The position numbers and the translations under genes are program-made. Source: Lingula anatina (taxonomy: Eukaryota; Animalia; Brachiopoda). Taken from it: 64,000 bases of DNA. Every line of letters begins with the position of its first letter. Positions within the stretch are counted from its first letter, which is position 1. Shown one piece after another: positions 37,796 through 50,684 of this stretch. The stretch lies in assembly GCA_051362555.1 (NCBI GenBank), contig CM120649.1, positions 19,296,567 to 19,360,566 of the forward strand, read 5' to 3'. The notes beneath the pieces were generated by a model that was given only the letters and a program-made list of their open reading frames with translations, was not told the origin of the DNA and searched no databases.

Positions 37796-40086
37796 ACTTT
37801 TTCCCTGACGCCTCAAAGAAACCTACACCTTAAATAAAAACTGCCGTTGTTCTGCCAATGATCAATAATGATTTTGAGCGAGTTTTTACTATCTTTTATG
37901 TACTAGTTTTTACTATCTTTTATGTACAATAAAATGGGGAAAAAAGAAAGTATTAAAAAACATACCGTACTCTTTTTTCTATTTCCATGTAATTCATCGT
38001 GAGCGGCTGTCAGTGTCATTAAAACTAAGGATACCGCGAGAAAACTCCCCAATTTGACTCCACCCATGGCTTGCGGGGTGCCCTATAGAGTAAGACAAGG
38101 TGTGTTACAGTGGTCTTATTCTCGTTTTATAATCCTGATCTTGGTCGGCGATCGCTCTTCCACCTTAAGAGTAGGTAGGCGTTCGTAAGCACAGCGCGTG
38201 ACTTGTACGGTTAATGTTTCAGCGAGGATCGACTGCGTATCCTCAAATTTCTGTGAGTGTCATCAGACTTTAAAGAAGATCAGTTTTTTTCTTGGAATAT
38301 CCAAAAATGTCTGAGTATATCGACATAGATATATTTCGCACTTTTTCGTCTTCTTGTTGACGCTTTGCCTGTCCGTTTGTTGGTAGGACTCTGACTTGTC
38401 CTTAGATACAGGGGTTAAGAAAATACTGTAGACACTGCGATACTTTTTAAATAAGGAATAAATTAAATAGTTTAACAACAGATGAAGCGTTCTGTGTATC
38501 TCTGGACGTTACACCCATTTAAAAGTGACTTACACCCCACTGTCCTGGTTGGCCGTTTACGAAGGTCAAAGAGAGGATGTTGTCACTATATTTTTAAACA
38601 GATATTTCTCTAGCTAGAAATTGGGTGCACATTTCGTACTGCCCATCGAAAATATTTGCGCAAACCATCAACAAGCTGACCTCTGGTAGAGGGTTGTCAT
38701 TGACCGCGAGGATGAGCGTCTTCAGGGGTTAAAGAAGGGGGTCAAGAATGCAGGCAAAGGTGGACGTAAAGACATGGGGCAAGGGAGTTACCAGCTAACG
38801 CTGCATTCAAACGAAAAAAGAAAATCTACCTCTCCTGGACAGGGGCACCGGTATTGTACACTATTTTCTCTTCTGCAGCCGTAATCCCAATTGGCCCCAC
38901 ATCCTTCCAGCCTCCCCCCCCCTTATCCCCCACCCCCACCCACTCTAAACACATCTCAGCTTTTGCTCTTCAAATATCCAGGCGACGTGTGCGCGAATTT
39001 TTTGCCCTCTGCTCTTTCCGCTTGATTTGATCCACAGTGTCTACTATATATTTATCCTGCTAATAGCGAACACTATCTCTAAAGTTTACGAAAGAACAGA
39101 ACACCCGCAGGTAAATATCGAAGTTCCTTACATTGCTGTGCAAATATTATGCCTGCTTCTAACGTAAAAGGTGTTTTCGTTCGGTCTTGGATACGCCGGT
39201 GTGTCCTGTTATTTTGGGATATCAAACAGTTTACCGTGAGTAGAAAGTCATTAGTTTTACAAATACTACCCCCCCCCCCCAAAAAAAAAAAAAAAAATGA
39301 AAAGAAAAGAAAAAAAGAAACCCTGACTGTAAATCTGTTCACGGCAATGCAGCATTACGTTTAGGCAGTACTTATCTGTTGGTTAATGAACTAATATAAA
39401 TGCTCAGCTAACTTCACTTTAATGAAGCGGAAGTACAACGAAATAGAACCGTTAACTTTTTAGAAGCAAAATAAATGCCAAAAAGAATTTTAAAAAAGAC
39501 TAATACGGAATTTCGCCTATTTCGTAAGCTTCAAAAACCGCAAATGGCGTCAGAAACTTACGGTGATGTTGGCATGCCGCTCTAAATCATGAACTAGTAG
39601 AACACTTTTAAAACACCATAACAAAAAATTTCGTGACAACTTTTATTTCGTTACAGAAATTCTGGAAAGATGCATGGAATTACAGGCAATTGAACCCTCA
39701 CCTTTCGCGAGAAAATTAATCCCGTGCCCTGAAGTCTCGCGTAGAGGGGCGAGAACTTGCGAGTTTAGGAATCTCTAAAAACATCGAACATGCTATTGGG
39801 GTTCGGCCTGATTGATACAGGCTCCAAATCTTATTTGCACAGGTACTGTTCTGTACTTCTCTATGGTTCCAATGCCACAATGAAAAGATGAAAATGTGTT
39901 TTATTTATGTCCTTTTACATAACTTGAAATATCCTTTTGATAATATAACCTGTATTATGTTTCCGAGTAACCTTACTTAGCAGTGCTAATATATGTAGTA
40001 AAATAGCATACAGTGACATATGATGCTTCTTTCATCGCACTCTCTTTAACATTATATTACTGTACGCACTTAATACATGCATCTAA

Positions 40087-40132
<46 letters not shown>

Positions 40133-40522
40133 TGAGAAAAAGGGAAAAAGTAGACAGAACATGTCATGATGTAATGCACACTTATTCTACTTTATTGCTG
40201 CCAGCATTGTCCTTGAACAGAACGCTTCGTTGTTATGGTCGTCGTGGTGACGGCTTCACTCACGGGGAAGTCAGAGACGGGTGACACACCCAAATTGTGA
40301 AGAAAATGCTTTGAAAACGGCATGTGGATACAAAAATCGGATACGCCGGCATAAAACTTTAAAACTGATAGGAATGTAGTGACATATCTCCATAAAAAAG
40401 TTTATAAAGCTTAATTGTTTTGTGGTTCACAGGTTAAATGATAAATTCATGTGTTGCCTTGTCTACCAACATTTAAAAGACCTCCCCTGGAGTGTTACCA
40501 AATTCCCCGCGTGGCCGGCCGT

Positions 40523-43141
40523 TTACTTCCTGATCCTTTCCTCGAGCATTTTTTCCAGGATGTCTCGAAGCTTCATGGTCAAAGCGTGATCAGAGAAGTC
40601 ACGCTCCACGTATGCCCCGGATGCTCCAGACGCCCCGGATGCTCCAGACGCTCCGGATGCTCCAGACGCCCCGGATGCTCCAGACGCCCCGGATGCTCCA
40701 GACGCCCCGGATGCCCCAGACGCCCCAGATGCTCCAGACGCCCCGGATGCTCCAGATGCCCCGGTTGCTCCAGACGACCCAGATGCTCCAGATGCCCCGG
40801 ATGCTCCAGACGCCCCGGATGCTCCAGGGTTCACGCCATAATATTCTGAAAAAAATAAGGTGGATTGTGATGCACCTTCTCTGTTTAATGAAATTTACCA
40901 GCAGACTGCAACTGATGAAGAAGGTTTTGTTTTACATTTTACGTTATCTGTACGCGCAGATCTGGGGTTAAAGTATACTGGGCGAGCTACTGGTGGTAAA
41001 GGGTTAGAGGTATACTGGGCGAGCTACTGGTGGTAAAGGGTTAGAGGTATACTGGGCGAGCTACTGGTGGTAAAGGGCTAGAGGTATACTGGGTGAGCTA
41101 CTGGTGGTAAAGGGCTAGAGGTATACTGGGCGAGCTACTGGTGGTAAAGGGCTAGAGGTATACTGGGCGAGCTACTGGTGGTAAAGGGCTAGAGGTATAC
41201 TGGGCGAGCTACTGGTGGTAAAGGGTTAGAGGTATACTGGGTGAGCTACTGGTGGTAAAGGGCTAGAGGTATACTGGGCGAGCTACTGGTGGTAAAGGGT
41301 TAGAGGTATACTGGCGAGCTACTGGTGGTAAAGGGTTAGAGGTATACTGGGCAAGCTACTGGTGGTAAAGGGTTAGAGGTATACTGGGTGAGCTACTGGT
41401 GGTAAAGGGTTAGAGGTATACTGGGCGAGCTACTGGTGGTAAAGGGTTAGAGGTATACTGGGCGAGCTACTGGTGGTAAAGGGTTAGAGGTATACTGGGC
41501 GAGCTACTGGTGGTAAAGGGTTAGAGGTATACTGGGCGAGCTACTGGTGGTAAAGGGTTAGAGGTATGCTGGCGAGCTACTGGTGGTAAAGGGTTAGAGG
41601 TATACTGGGCGAGCTACTGGTGGTAAAGGGTTAGAGGTATACTGGGCGAGCTACTGGTGGTAAAGGGTTAGAGGTATACTGGGCGAGCTACTGGTGGTAA
41701 AGGGTTAGAGGTATGCTGGCGAGCTACTGGTGGTAAAGGGTTAGAGGTATACTGGGCGAGCTACTGGTGGTAAAGGGTTAGAGGTATACTGGGTGAGCTA
41801 CTGGTGGTAAAGGGTTAGAGGTATACTGGGGGCATTTCTGGTGGCATATACTCCACGTAACAGACAATTTCAAATATGTCACAAGGTTACGGACTTATAC
41901 AACTGAACATTTTCAGGAACCTCTAGTTCCCGTGAAGCACTTACTCATGTATCCGTTCATATAATTAATCATGGTGGCGGCGTCTCGGGAGATGGCCATC
42001 ATGTCGTATATGGTGTGTGAGATCTGTTCAAAAGCCATGGCACTCTTGCTGTCAGTTATAGTTCCTACAAATATTCAATTAGTAATACACACCAACTGTC
42101 GTATTTATACATGTAAATGTACGTAAATTTTGTGTATTATGAACCAAATCCACATATGAGAAATAATATATTTTTAACCAACACTAATGAATGTAGGTAA
42201 ATTTCGTGTAGCATGAAGCAAATTCACATCGACGAAGTAATATATTAGTAATACATGTACGAGTATTTAAAATTGATCGCTAATAGTATAACTGTACTAT
42301 AAAAGCAGGAAGATTAAAACAACGTACGTATGTCGTACAAGTTTAAAGTAGGACAGTGCATAGTTATTACCATTCAGAGAGACAGCAATTGCCACGTCGT
42401 TTGCCAACGCTTGGATCTTTCCGTGGATGCAGGCCCTATCCTGAGCCAAGGCTGCCGCGACTGCTGATGCTTCGGCTTCCTCCTAAAATGGCACAATTTA
42501 CATACAAGTCTTTCGGACCGTCTAACGTCCATCCACAGGATTCAAACTTAATCTTGATGGAATAATCTGACTTTTGCTGGCCTGTTCATCTTAGACTTGT
42601 TGGTTGCCATCCCTAGATCGGTCTAACAGGATCGGTCCATCTCCACGGGGTCCCTCGCTAAATTTCTTTCAGCCCAAGCGGCTTAGACGTCTGAGACGCC
42701 CACCAAAGCTGCTAAACGATAGTTAATTACCCCGTATCAGCCTCAGCATTCGTGACAGACATATGAACCGCCCAAGTTAATTGCAATTAAGCGAGAATCC
42801 TCTCGGAGATAGTTCGATCCAAAGTTAGTACGATAGTCTGGGAATGGTCTCTTATACTACAACTTGCACAATGTCCCACACTCAAAAACTGTCCTCTTAC
42901 CAGAAGAGTTCAAAGAAAAATTGTAAAACTTACACTAATTCCCAAGGTCGGATTAGCCTTATGTTGCGCTATCATATAGTCAAGGGTGTTCCCAAGGTTT
43001 CTACACGCATCGACGTTGCCTGCCATTCCTAAAATTTACAGTTATCAAAATTGTTCGCAAAAGAAAATAATTTAAAAATAGTTTGAAAATAATTTTATTC
43101 ATTTCTTTATTTAATTTATTAATTTATTTAATTATAGTAAG

Positions 43142-43179
<38 letters not shown>

Positions 43180-44406
43180 AGGGAGGGAAGGAGAGAGATA
43201 GAATATGCTGTGGTAAACAAAAGCATACGCCATGTACATATATTCAGTAGAACAAACTCCCCTTTACCTGTTCTTTCAAAATATACCCACGGGGGTAGCG
43301 GTGGGGTGGGGGTGGGGGGGTTGTCTGCACTCACAGGCCCCAGTGATGAAGAGGGGAGTTTAGACTTGAGGTGGGTAGAGAGAGAGCTACATGTAAGCCC
43401 CGTCGCGTCTCCGCCGCGACGATTAATTTAGTGGCCATTCAGAATAGACGATCTGTGTATCAACTGGTCCAAGGCTCAAATATGGCGGACCCTACATGAA
43501 AGGAAGACCGCTTAATCTTGTAATGGTCTATCCGTCTCCCCACGCGTCTGGTCGAATGGAGTCGAGATTTAATTACTGTGCCCCTGCAGGGACGACGCGT
43601 GGGGAGGCGTGTGAAAGGCGGAGAGACCATTACAGGGTTAAGCGGCATTCCTTTCATGTAGGGTCTGTCATATTTGAACCTTGGGCCAGTTGATATTTAG
43701 ATCTTCTATTCTAAATGGCCCCTTAGGCTCTATTCCCATAGATTTTAGATCGATCTATCCCCGCGGGGAGTCTCACTAGATTACTTTCAGATAATCCCAC
43801 TTAAATGTCCGTCCCGCCTACTACAAGCTGTAAGGAGGTTATTAACTTTCGTGTCCGCCCGGCTGACAGCTATTTAGCGTGAACCTCCAGGGAGTTAGGT
43901 CGATCTAAAGTAGGTCGATCTAATCTATGGAAATGGGGTGTTAGATTCAGATCAGGCTTACCCGCCCATAACATCCGGCTGAATGCGTGCATCAGCGTGT
44001 ACATCATCATCCCGCCATGGGGAGCCATCGCCTCGAAGTCAGCTTTCAATTTCAGCATGTGCCAGACAAGTGCAGTCCCTAGAATAAAAACCCACATGTT
44101 GGCAGCGAGTTTCAACTTGAAAAGGATGACAGCTGTTCCTATGAGAGTCTTAATTCTCAATAAATACATTATAAACTCATAGAAATATAACAAATCCCAT
44201 TTTACCACCTGGAATGCGTTCTTTCCATCAGACCACGTGGACCTTACACATGTCGCTGGCTATACTCAGTACCTCCGTAATAATTACTATAGAGATTTTT
44301 TAAACAAGCTTTTTAGAAAAAACTAAATCTGAATGTAGAAATGGATTCATTTAACAATGGTAAGTATTGGAAATCGCCGTTTACCACAGAGAAATCCGTT
44401 TTTCGG

Positions 44407-44457
<51 letters not shown>

Positions 44458-44685
44458 ATATAAAGTGCAAAATAAACATGGGGTCAGTTACATGATAATG
44501 AAATAACTGTCTCATTTTGTACTCACTGGTTGTGGAACTGGCTACGTCATTCGAGTCCTGCACTATTTGTTCAAAGGCTGCTTTAGTACCATTGAGGAAG
44601 CTTTGAACATCTGCCTTGCCTTTGTTGTATTCACCGGCAGAAAGGGCTGTAAAGAAAAAAATCTAATTACCGGGTCATAGGCTGA

Positions 44686-44765
<80 letters not shown>

Positions 44766-47700
44766 CCCGGTAATTAGATATATATCCTCAGCCTATGGAT
44801 TTTACCGCCAGGGGCTCTCATCAGGACGCTTTTAAAAGAAAAAATTAAGAGACTAATGGTTTGGAAAAAAAGAAAAGACACCTTATGAAGATCCTTCTTT
44901 TTTCAAATACCTAGGGGGATGTAGCCCCCCCCCCCCCCCCCCCACCCCCCAGTCTCTTTTAAGCACTGGTACATGCAAAATCGTAAGCGTTGTACCCTCG
45001 GGTCCCTCAGGAATACAGTACATGTACATCAATGGCCCCCACCCTTGTGTTTCTTCACACATATATTCAAGCACTTTTTAAACACAAGTATTTACTTTAG
45101 TTGAACACTGGTAATTATGCCAGAATACGTATACCACACTGATCTGCGCAGTGCTTTGAAACAACAGTCGCTTACAAAGCAGTTGATTGTGCCGTTGATT
45201 GCCGACCCCATAGTGTGGACAATATAATCACTGGGGGGGCCGTAGCAATAGTCCGAAGGTTCGATAGTCCGAAGGTTCATTGGTCCGAATATTCACTATA
45301 GAACCTTCGGACCAATGAACCCTTGATTAATAAATCGATGAAAATGTTACCACTTTTCGGACCAATGAACCTTCGGACTATCGAGACGCCCCCATCACCC
45401 GTATTGCATGGGTCACATGAGGAAAGGAGCAGATCGAGGACAGATTATCAACGAAATGACACAGCATTGGTTTAAGGTCATGTTATATAGTAACCACTGA
45501 GGTATCAGTTTACAAATATACGGTCCTGTATTTTAAGTTTTGTTCCCTTCAAGATTCCGCCAAGATATCTGTCGTAGAAATCATCCGAGATTCCCTTAAA
45601 CGATCAGAGGCTTTCTGTACTACGTGACGCCACTAGAGGCTAGAAAACATGTGAGAATCGACGTGACTTAAGGCTTAACATTTAAGCGATAAGGGCAAAA
45701 CTTTGTTTAGAAAGTAATAAAAAGCCTCATCCAAAATATGAGTAATTCAAACTGTTGTACAATTAACTGTAATTTGAACAGAAATTTAAAGAAAACAATC
45801 ACACAGTGTTCCTGGATAAATATGGCCTGACTCCACTCTTCTTAAAAACCCGCAAAATCTTGCTTTATTTTACGCTGATCGCGAGAATTTGGGCTTTCTT
45901 GGATGATTCGAATTTGACTATCTACAGATGCTGTTACAGAAATGTATGTCTTACGTAGTAGTTTGGGATAGCCCTTGCTTCCGTCTTCCTTATCGTCATC
46001 ATCATCGTCATCATCATCATCATCATCATCGTGATCATCTTTGGCAGCCTTGCGCAACTGGAACTTCGAGGTTTCTTTGGCTGCCGGCTCAAGAATGGCT
46101 TGCTAGAAAAAGAAAAAAGTGAATGCTAAGTTAAACTCTTGGTTGTCACTGTTACTGTAACTTGCCTGGCTTGTATGCTTAAACGCTAATTAACTAATTC
46201 TATAACATACTGCAACGAAATTATGCTGGCTTCGCGCTTTATTATTTTAAAAGTTATTTGCATAGATCAAATCTTTTATTTTATAATCAATTAATTTCAA
46301 AGTACAAGCTTATCATCGGTTCTTTGTTGTTGTTGCTGTTGATGATAATGATGAGGAAGATGTTTTTGTTGTTTCGAATTATTTTGGTTTGGATATTGAA
46401 TGTCTTAACCCATGAAGTCGGGTAGCTGATCCTCACTACCAATTATAGGGGAAACGTGGCTGAAGAAACAATTTTTTGGGGGGAAAATGTTTGTTAAAGA
46501 GAAAAGAAAAAACGAATATTTTGTTCTTATGTTGAAATACATGTACTGTTATTTGTAGTTACATGAGCAGTGTATGTTCTTTTTAAGATAAATTCACAGG
46601 GTTTTATTCAAAATCAAGAGTGGCCCACCACGGGTCAAATCCCAGCGCAGACTAAGGCTTCGTTCACATGGAATGTGTATTTTCTAAAAATCTATTTTCT
46701 ATTCGCGCTATCTTATGATCACGGTCTGTGCCCTGAATATCCCGCCGCGTAATTACTGGCAGCGCGAGCCAGTTACTTATAGTAACTTATAGTAACTGGC
46801 TCGCGCTGCCAGTAATTACGCCGCGGGATATTCAGGGCACAGACCGTGATCATAAGACATACCGCGAATAGAAAATAGAATTAAGAAAATAGACATTGCA
46901 TGTGAACGAAGCCTAAATTTCTTTGTTACTTTTTATTTTAATGCATACACTCAGAACGAGTTCCTCTGAACTAAATTCCGAAAATTAGAGGAACGGAGGA
47001 ACGTTCGTGAAAACGTTCTACGACAAATTTAGCCACCGCCAGGGTGCAGCACAGGCCAGAAGGAACCAGCGTCTCCTGAAACTCAGTCCCCCAGATAAAA
47101 TATTTGCAAAGAGGCCTTTCAAGTCGACATTTTTAAGAACCTGTCACGCCGGACTTTAGAACGTTAAGAAAACGGATTATTACCCAGTCTCGCTCCTTGC
47201 AAATGTCAGGCTCTGACAATATTTGATAGTCAACTTCAGATTCATACATCATTGTTGACCAACTTTTAAAAACATTGCAGCCCTTTCTTTCGCCGTGAGA
47301 GTAAAGGAACGCTGTTTCTTCAAGTGGTCGCAAGGCCGGGATTAACAGGGGCACAACTCTCCGATCACATAACGTGTACAGGTAGAAAGAAGTGATTGGG
47401 TTGATGAACAGGAGAGGCGATCAACGCCCAGCAGGAGGGCGGCTTTAAGTGGACGCCATTAGTGTCGAGGAGGGGTCAGATAGTGACAAGAACACTTGTT
47501 TTGAAGGTGTGCTATTCATTCTTATTCTTAACTACATAAAGCAATCTTAACTATGGGACATGAGTTGCTCTGTGGGAAACCCAGACTATCCCGGTGTTAG
47601 AAAATGAGGTTCCGTGTAACAGATTTAGATCCAGAGACTCCGTCCTTCATTTGATTCAAACAGGTTATGATTAGCATTACCTCATTGATTCAGAATCTAA

Positions 47701-50605
47701 GACGGGGCTTACCTGCACAAATCAATGAGGACCGGACCCTGTATCACGGGGGTGGGGGTGGGGGTGGGGGGTCCCGTGCATGATAATTGCTGTGATTGAC
47801 AATAAGGTGGGATTGGACCTCAAATCGCTGTACCTTTACACAAGTCTTTGTACACTGAAATCTCCAATCGGCTCTGTCTAAAGCAACATAAACGTTGTAC
47901 ACTAAAGAATTGGGGGACTATGAAGGCGCTGTAGGCAATTTTATAAGTTAATAGTTTTAAGTCCAGAAAACCGGTTTACCAGTCTTATTTTAACCATCTG
48001 CACTCTCGGGTAAAGGGGGGCAAGGCCTGTCTCACGAATTGGCAGCGGATATGGCTCAAACGTAACGTCAACCTGGTAGCGAATTTCCAAGTTTTTCTGA
48101 CTGTAAAATCTAATTCTTACGACTTAAATAAAGATGAATAAAAACAAAGTAATAACAAGGGGGAAAGTTTCTGTTATAGAAATACCTGTATCCCAAGGCA
48201 CCTTTAGAAGAACCATAGGCCTATATGATAATTTTTGAAAACCATTCATATATATGCAAGATGCTTCGGGGAGCTTCTTTTCTTTTTAATTTTTTTTTAA
48301 TCTGATGGGGAGAGGGCGGTTTTCTTCGTCCAAACCGGTTGATGTGTCTTAAGCTCAGTTAAGGTAACTGGGCACGACTTCTAGGCGGTCGTAGAGCACA
48401 AACAAATTGCGCCCCGACAGTGCTGCCCTGGTCACGTGACCGCAAGCTTAAAGGGCGTTGCCCAGGTGTGCAGACAAGTTTTTCAGAACAGTTGAATAAT
48501 ATGTCGCAACTGCTTTTCTCTTATACAAAAGCAAGAAATGCGTATAAAATGCTTCTAACCACTGAAGTCTAAACGTTTCACACAGTTCTGCTATTATAAT
48601 GTACGTTTGTGACAAGGATTACCAAGAAGTTGCGATTGTGTAATCACTCGTGGGTTTTCAACCTTGCAAAATGCGAGCATTCATTACATATTTGACATTG
48701 AAATATGCTGCATTCTTATCAGGCTCTATGAAATCGATCGAAAGAAAACTTGACCAGGGTAACATAATATTTAAAGACATAATAACAGAATACCTTGTGA
48801 TTTCGCAATGCACACGCTGGTAAACGCGATCGCTCCATTGGTCTTATTAACGTTAATCTTAATGCACACGTTACTCAAAGACTAGTTACAATACAGGGAC
48901 ACCAGACAGAGGGCGGGGGTGGAGGGTGTGTGTGTGAAGGAACCCGCTTAACTGGAAAGGGTCCACTTTAAATTCAACTTTGGTCAAGATTTTTGCCATT
49001 CCCGTATCAGCTGACCACTACTACACTACTCCTAGAGACTTAGGCCATTTTGATGCCTTTTACGAATACATTTTTTCTGGTGAAATCTTCACTTTTCTAA
49101 CCGCAAGTGCAGGCGGATAAATGGCATGCTCTGAAAGGGGGACAACAAAGTTTTTACTAGATATTCGGGTTTATTTCTTCACTCGCTAGGAACATTTCTG
49201 TACTGATTTTTACACAACAATTATGCCGTCGCCGTAATATGGTATTTTGCCTTCTGGTCAGGTTGTGGTCTATAGTATGTTTCTATAACATTAGGTGCTT
49301 TTTGCAAAATCCACCGCTGTGCACTCTTTGTGTTTGAGGAAAAAATCCAGACGTACCTCAAGCAATTTTCAATGCTCTTATCGTGAAGCTTAGTCACCAC
49401 GTTTATCTCAATACTTTTTTATCCCTAGAGGGAGATATAGATAGACGCCTTGCCCCAGCTGTAGTCACATCACAGTTAAATCAGACATCTTTTCTTTTAG
49501 AAATGTCCGTCAAAAAGTTCAACTAATTTTGAAAAGGGTTAAAATTTGATTGAAGCTTTAATTCAAGCAAAGACACGTCAGAAGTTTATATTCTTAGCAG
49601 AATCAGGACTTGTACTGTACTAGGAATTATAAAATTACAGTATATATATTTTTTAAATCCCATTAAAGCTAACAAAATTAATGGCAGTCCCGTAACAAAA
49701 TCCCTCTTTTACGATAAACTTGCCTGATTGTATTATAGTTGAGGGGGGGGGGAGGTCAAAACCAATAATTTTGATGCTCAACTTGTTTCAGTTTTGTTCA
49801 GCTTTCATTGCATACAACATGCAATATATATTGAATGCATATACAATAAGATAGTAATTAAATGGAATTCGATTCAATCTTTAAACAAACCTTTAAAATG
49901 AGTATTAAAGAAGGTAAAGAAAATAAGAAAAATGAAAACTCGTGTTCCTCTTTCTTCTAACAATAAAAAATTCATGAATAACCACAGTTCTTTGATACAT
50001 GTAGAAGCAGTATATATATATCTATATCGTTTAGTCCGACATTTCAGTAAAATATAACCGTAGTGATTCCCGAGGTCCTTTTCAATTAATGACGCGGGTA
50101 TTTGTTAAAAGAGGCTTCAATCTGTAATTTAATCTCATTAAACATTTTTATTTTCACAATTAAGAACGCCGAGACTTAGCAAAGTCCATTGCTTCATTGC
50201 TTCATTGTTTTTGAGTTCAGGGTATATAATTGTTCACTCAACGTTAAAGGACACTAGTTCATACAGACATTACACTAAGGATTAAATCCCTTTAAATGGC
50301 CAGTTACACAACACTTTTGTATACATATATTAACAATTGATTAAACTGATTAAAACTTAACAGATTTGTAATAATCCCCTCTGTTCAATCACCAGTTTAT
50401 GTACGATGTAAACAAAGCAATCAGGTGATCGAACATCTAGAAATCAACCTGATAATTGTATCAATTGACGTGAAGGGGTCCTCGTCCCTACTTTATCGTC
50501 ACTCTGCAGATCCCCCAAACTTACCAGCTCCGCCTCGGATATCGTCCTGGCGACCGCGCACGCCACGAAGGCGGCGAGAAGGAAAAGTCGAAGGATTGTC
50601 GACAT
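40523..50605 (-). CDS. Uncharacterised secreted protein (gene 1, ~364 aa) with poly-Asp tract, helical module and (GAS)n tail; exons 50605-50525, 46102-45955, 44646-44527, 44078-43962, 43408-43335, 42482-42371, 42064-41945, 40845-40523
   Basis: ATG plus signal peptide MSTILRLFLLAAFVACAVA; 8 GT-AG exons in compatible phases; TATA box upstream; AATAAA on - strand at ~40191-40196; exon sizes match the paralogous modules in gene 2. Confidence 0.8.
40612..40827 (-). repeat. Coding 9/18-bp repeat encoding (Gly-Ala-Ser)n, ~24 units
   Basis: ggatgctccagacgcccc units with mostly third-position variation in the GAS frame. Confidence 0.9.
40973..41830. repeat. 37-bp G-rich minisatellite, ~23 copies, intronic
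   Basis: gaggtatactgggcgagctactggtggtaaagggtta tandem units, no spacers. Confidence 0.95.
42602..42851. mobile_element. Degenerate palindromic MITE
   Basis: Right arm gagaatcctctcgga..cgatcc..tagtacgatag..gggaatgg resembles 19851-20058. Confidence 0.5.
43431..43722. mobile_element. Harbinger-like MITE with long (~115 bp) TIRs
   Basis: gtggccattcagaatag..ccctacatgaaagga.. / ..tcctttcatgtaggg..ctattctaaatggcccc; TTA on both sides. Confidence 0.8.
43726..43940. mobile_element. Harbinger-like MITE
   Basis: Copy of the 36934-37149 element, TTA target duplication. Confidence 0.8.
45234..45393. mobile_element. Small foldback-type element with 15-bp subterminal repeats
   Basis: (atagtccgaaggttc)n on left, (gaaccttcggac)n inverted on right, GGGG/CCCC ends, ATCAC near both flanks. 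Confidence 0.65.
46656..46913. mobile_element. Near-perfect palindromic Harbinger-like MITE
   Basis: ggcttcgttcacatg...catgtgaacgaagcc with ~120-bp arms, TAA on both sides. Confidence 0.85.
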
Positions 50606-50684
50606 CTTGGGTCTTCTAGTTCACCTGTGGAGTGGGAAGTCGTGTGGCGCAGGCTCACAATGGACCGGGCCCTTGGATACCGTG

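Noticed and set aside
38533-40019. Candidate first exons for gene 2
   Set aside because: One lacks an in-frame ATG; the other (MSLYAILLHILALL) is phase 1 and needs a weaker acceptor; neither is supportable without transcripts
40451-40971. Plus-strand Cys/Arg-rich and MLQTPR repeat ORFs
   Set aside because: Alternative readings of the GAS repeat; the minus-strand frame has the splice acceptor, phase match and third-position variation
40973-41830. 37-bp repeats as a CRISPR array
   Set aside because: Units are head-to-tail with no unique spacers; eukaryotic intron; no cas genes
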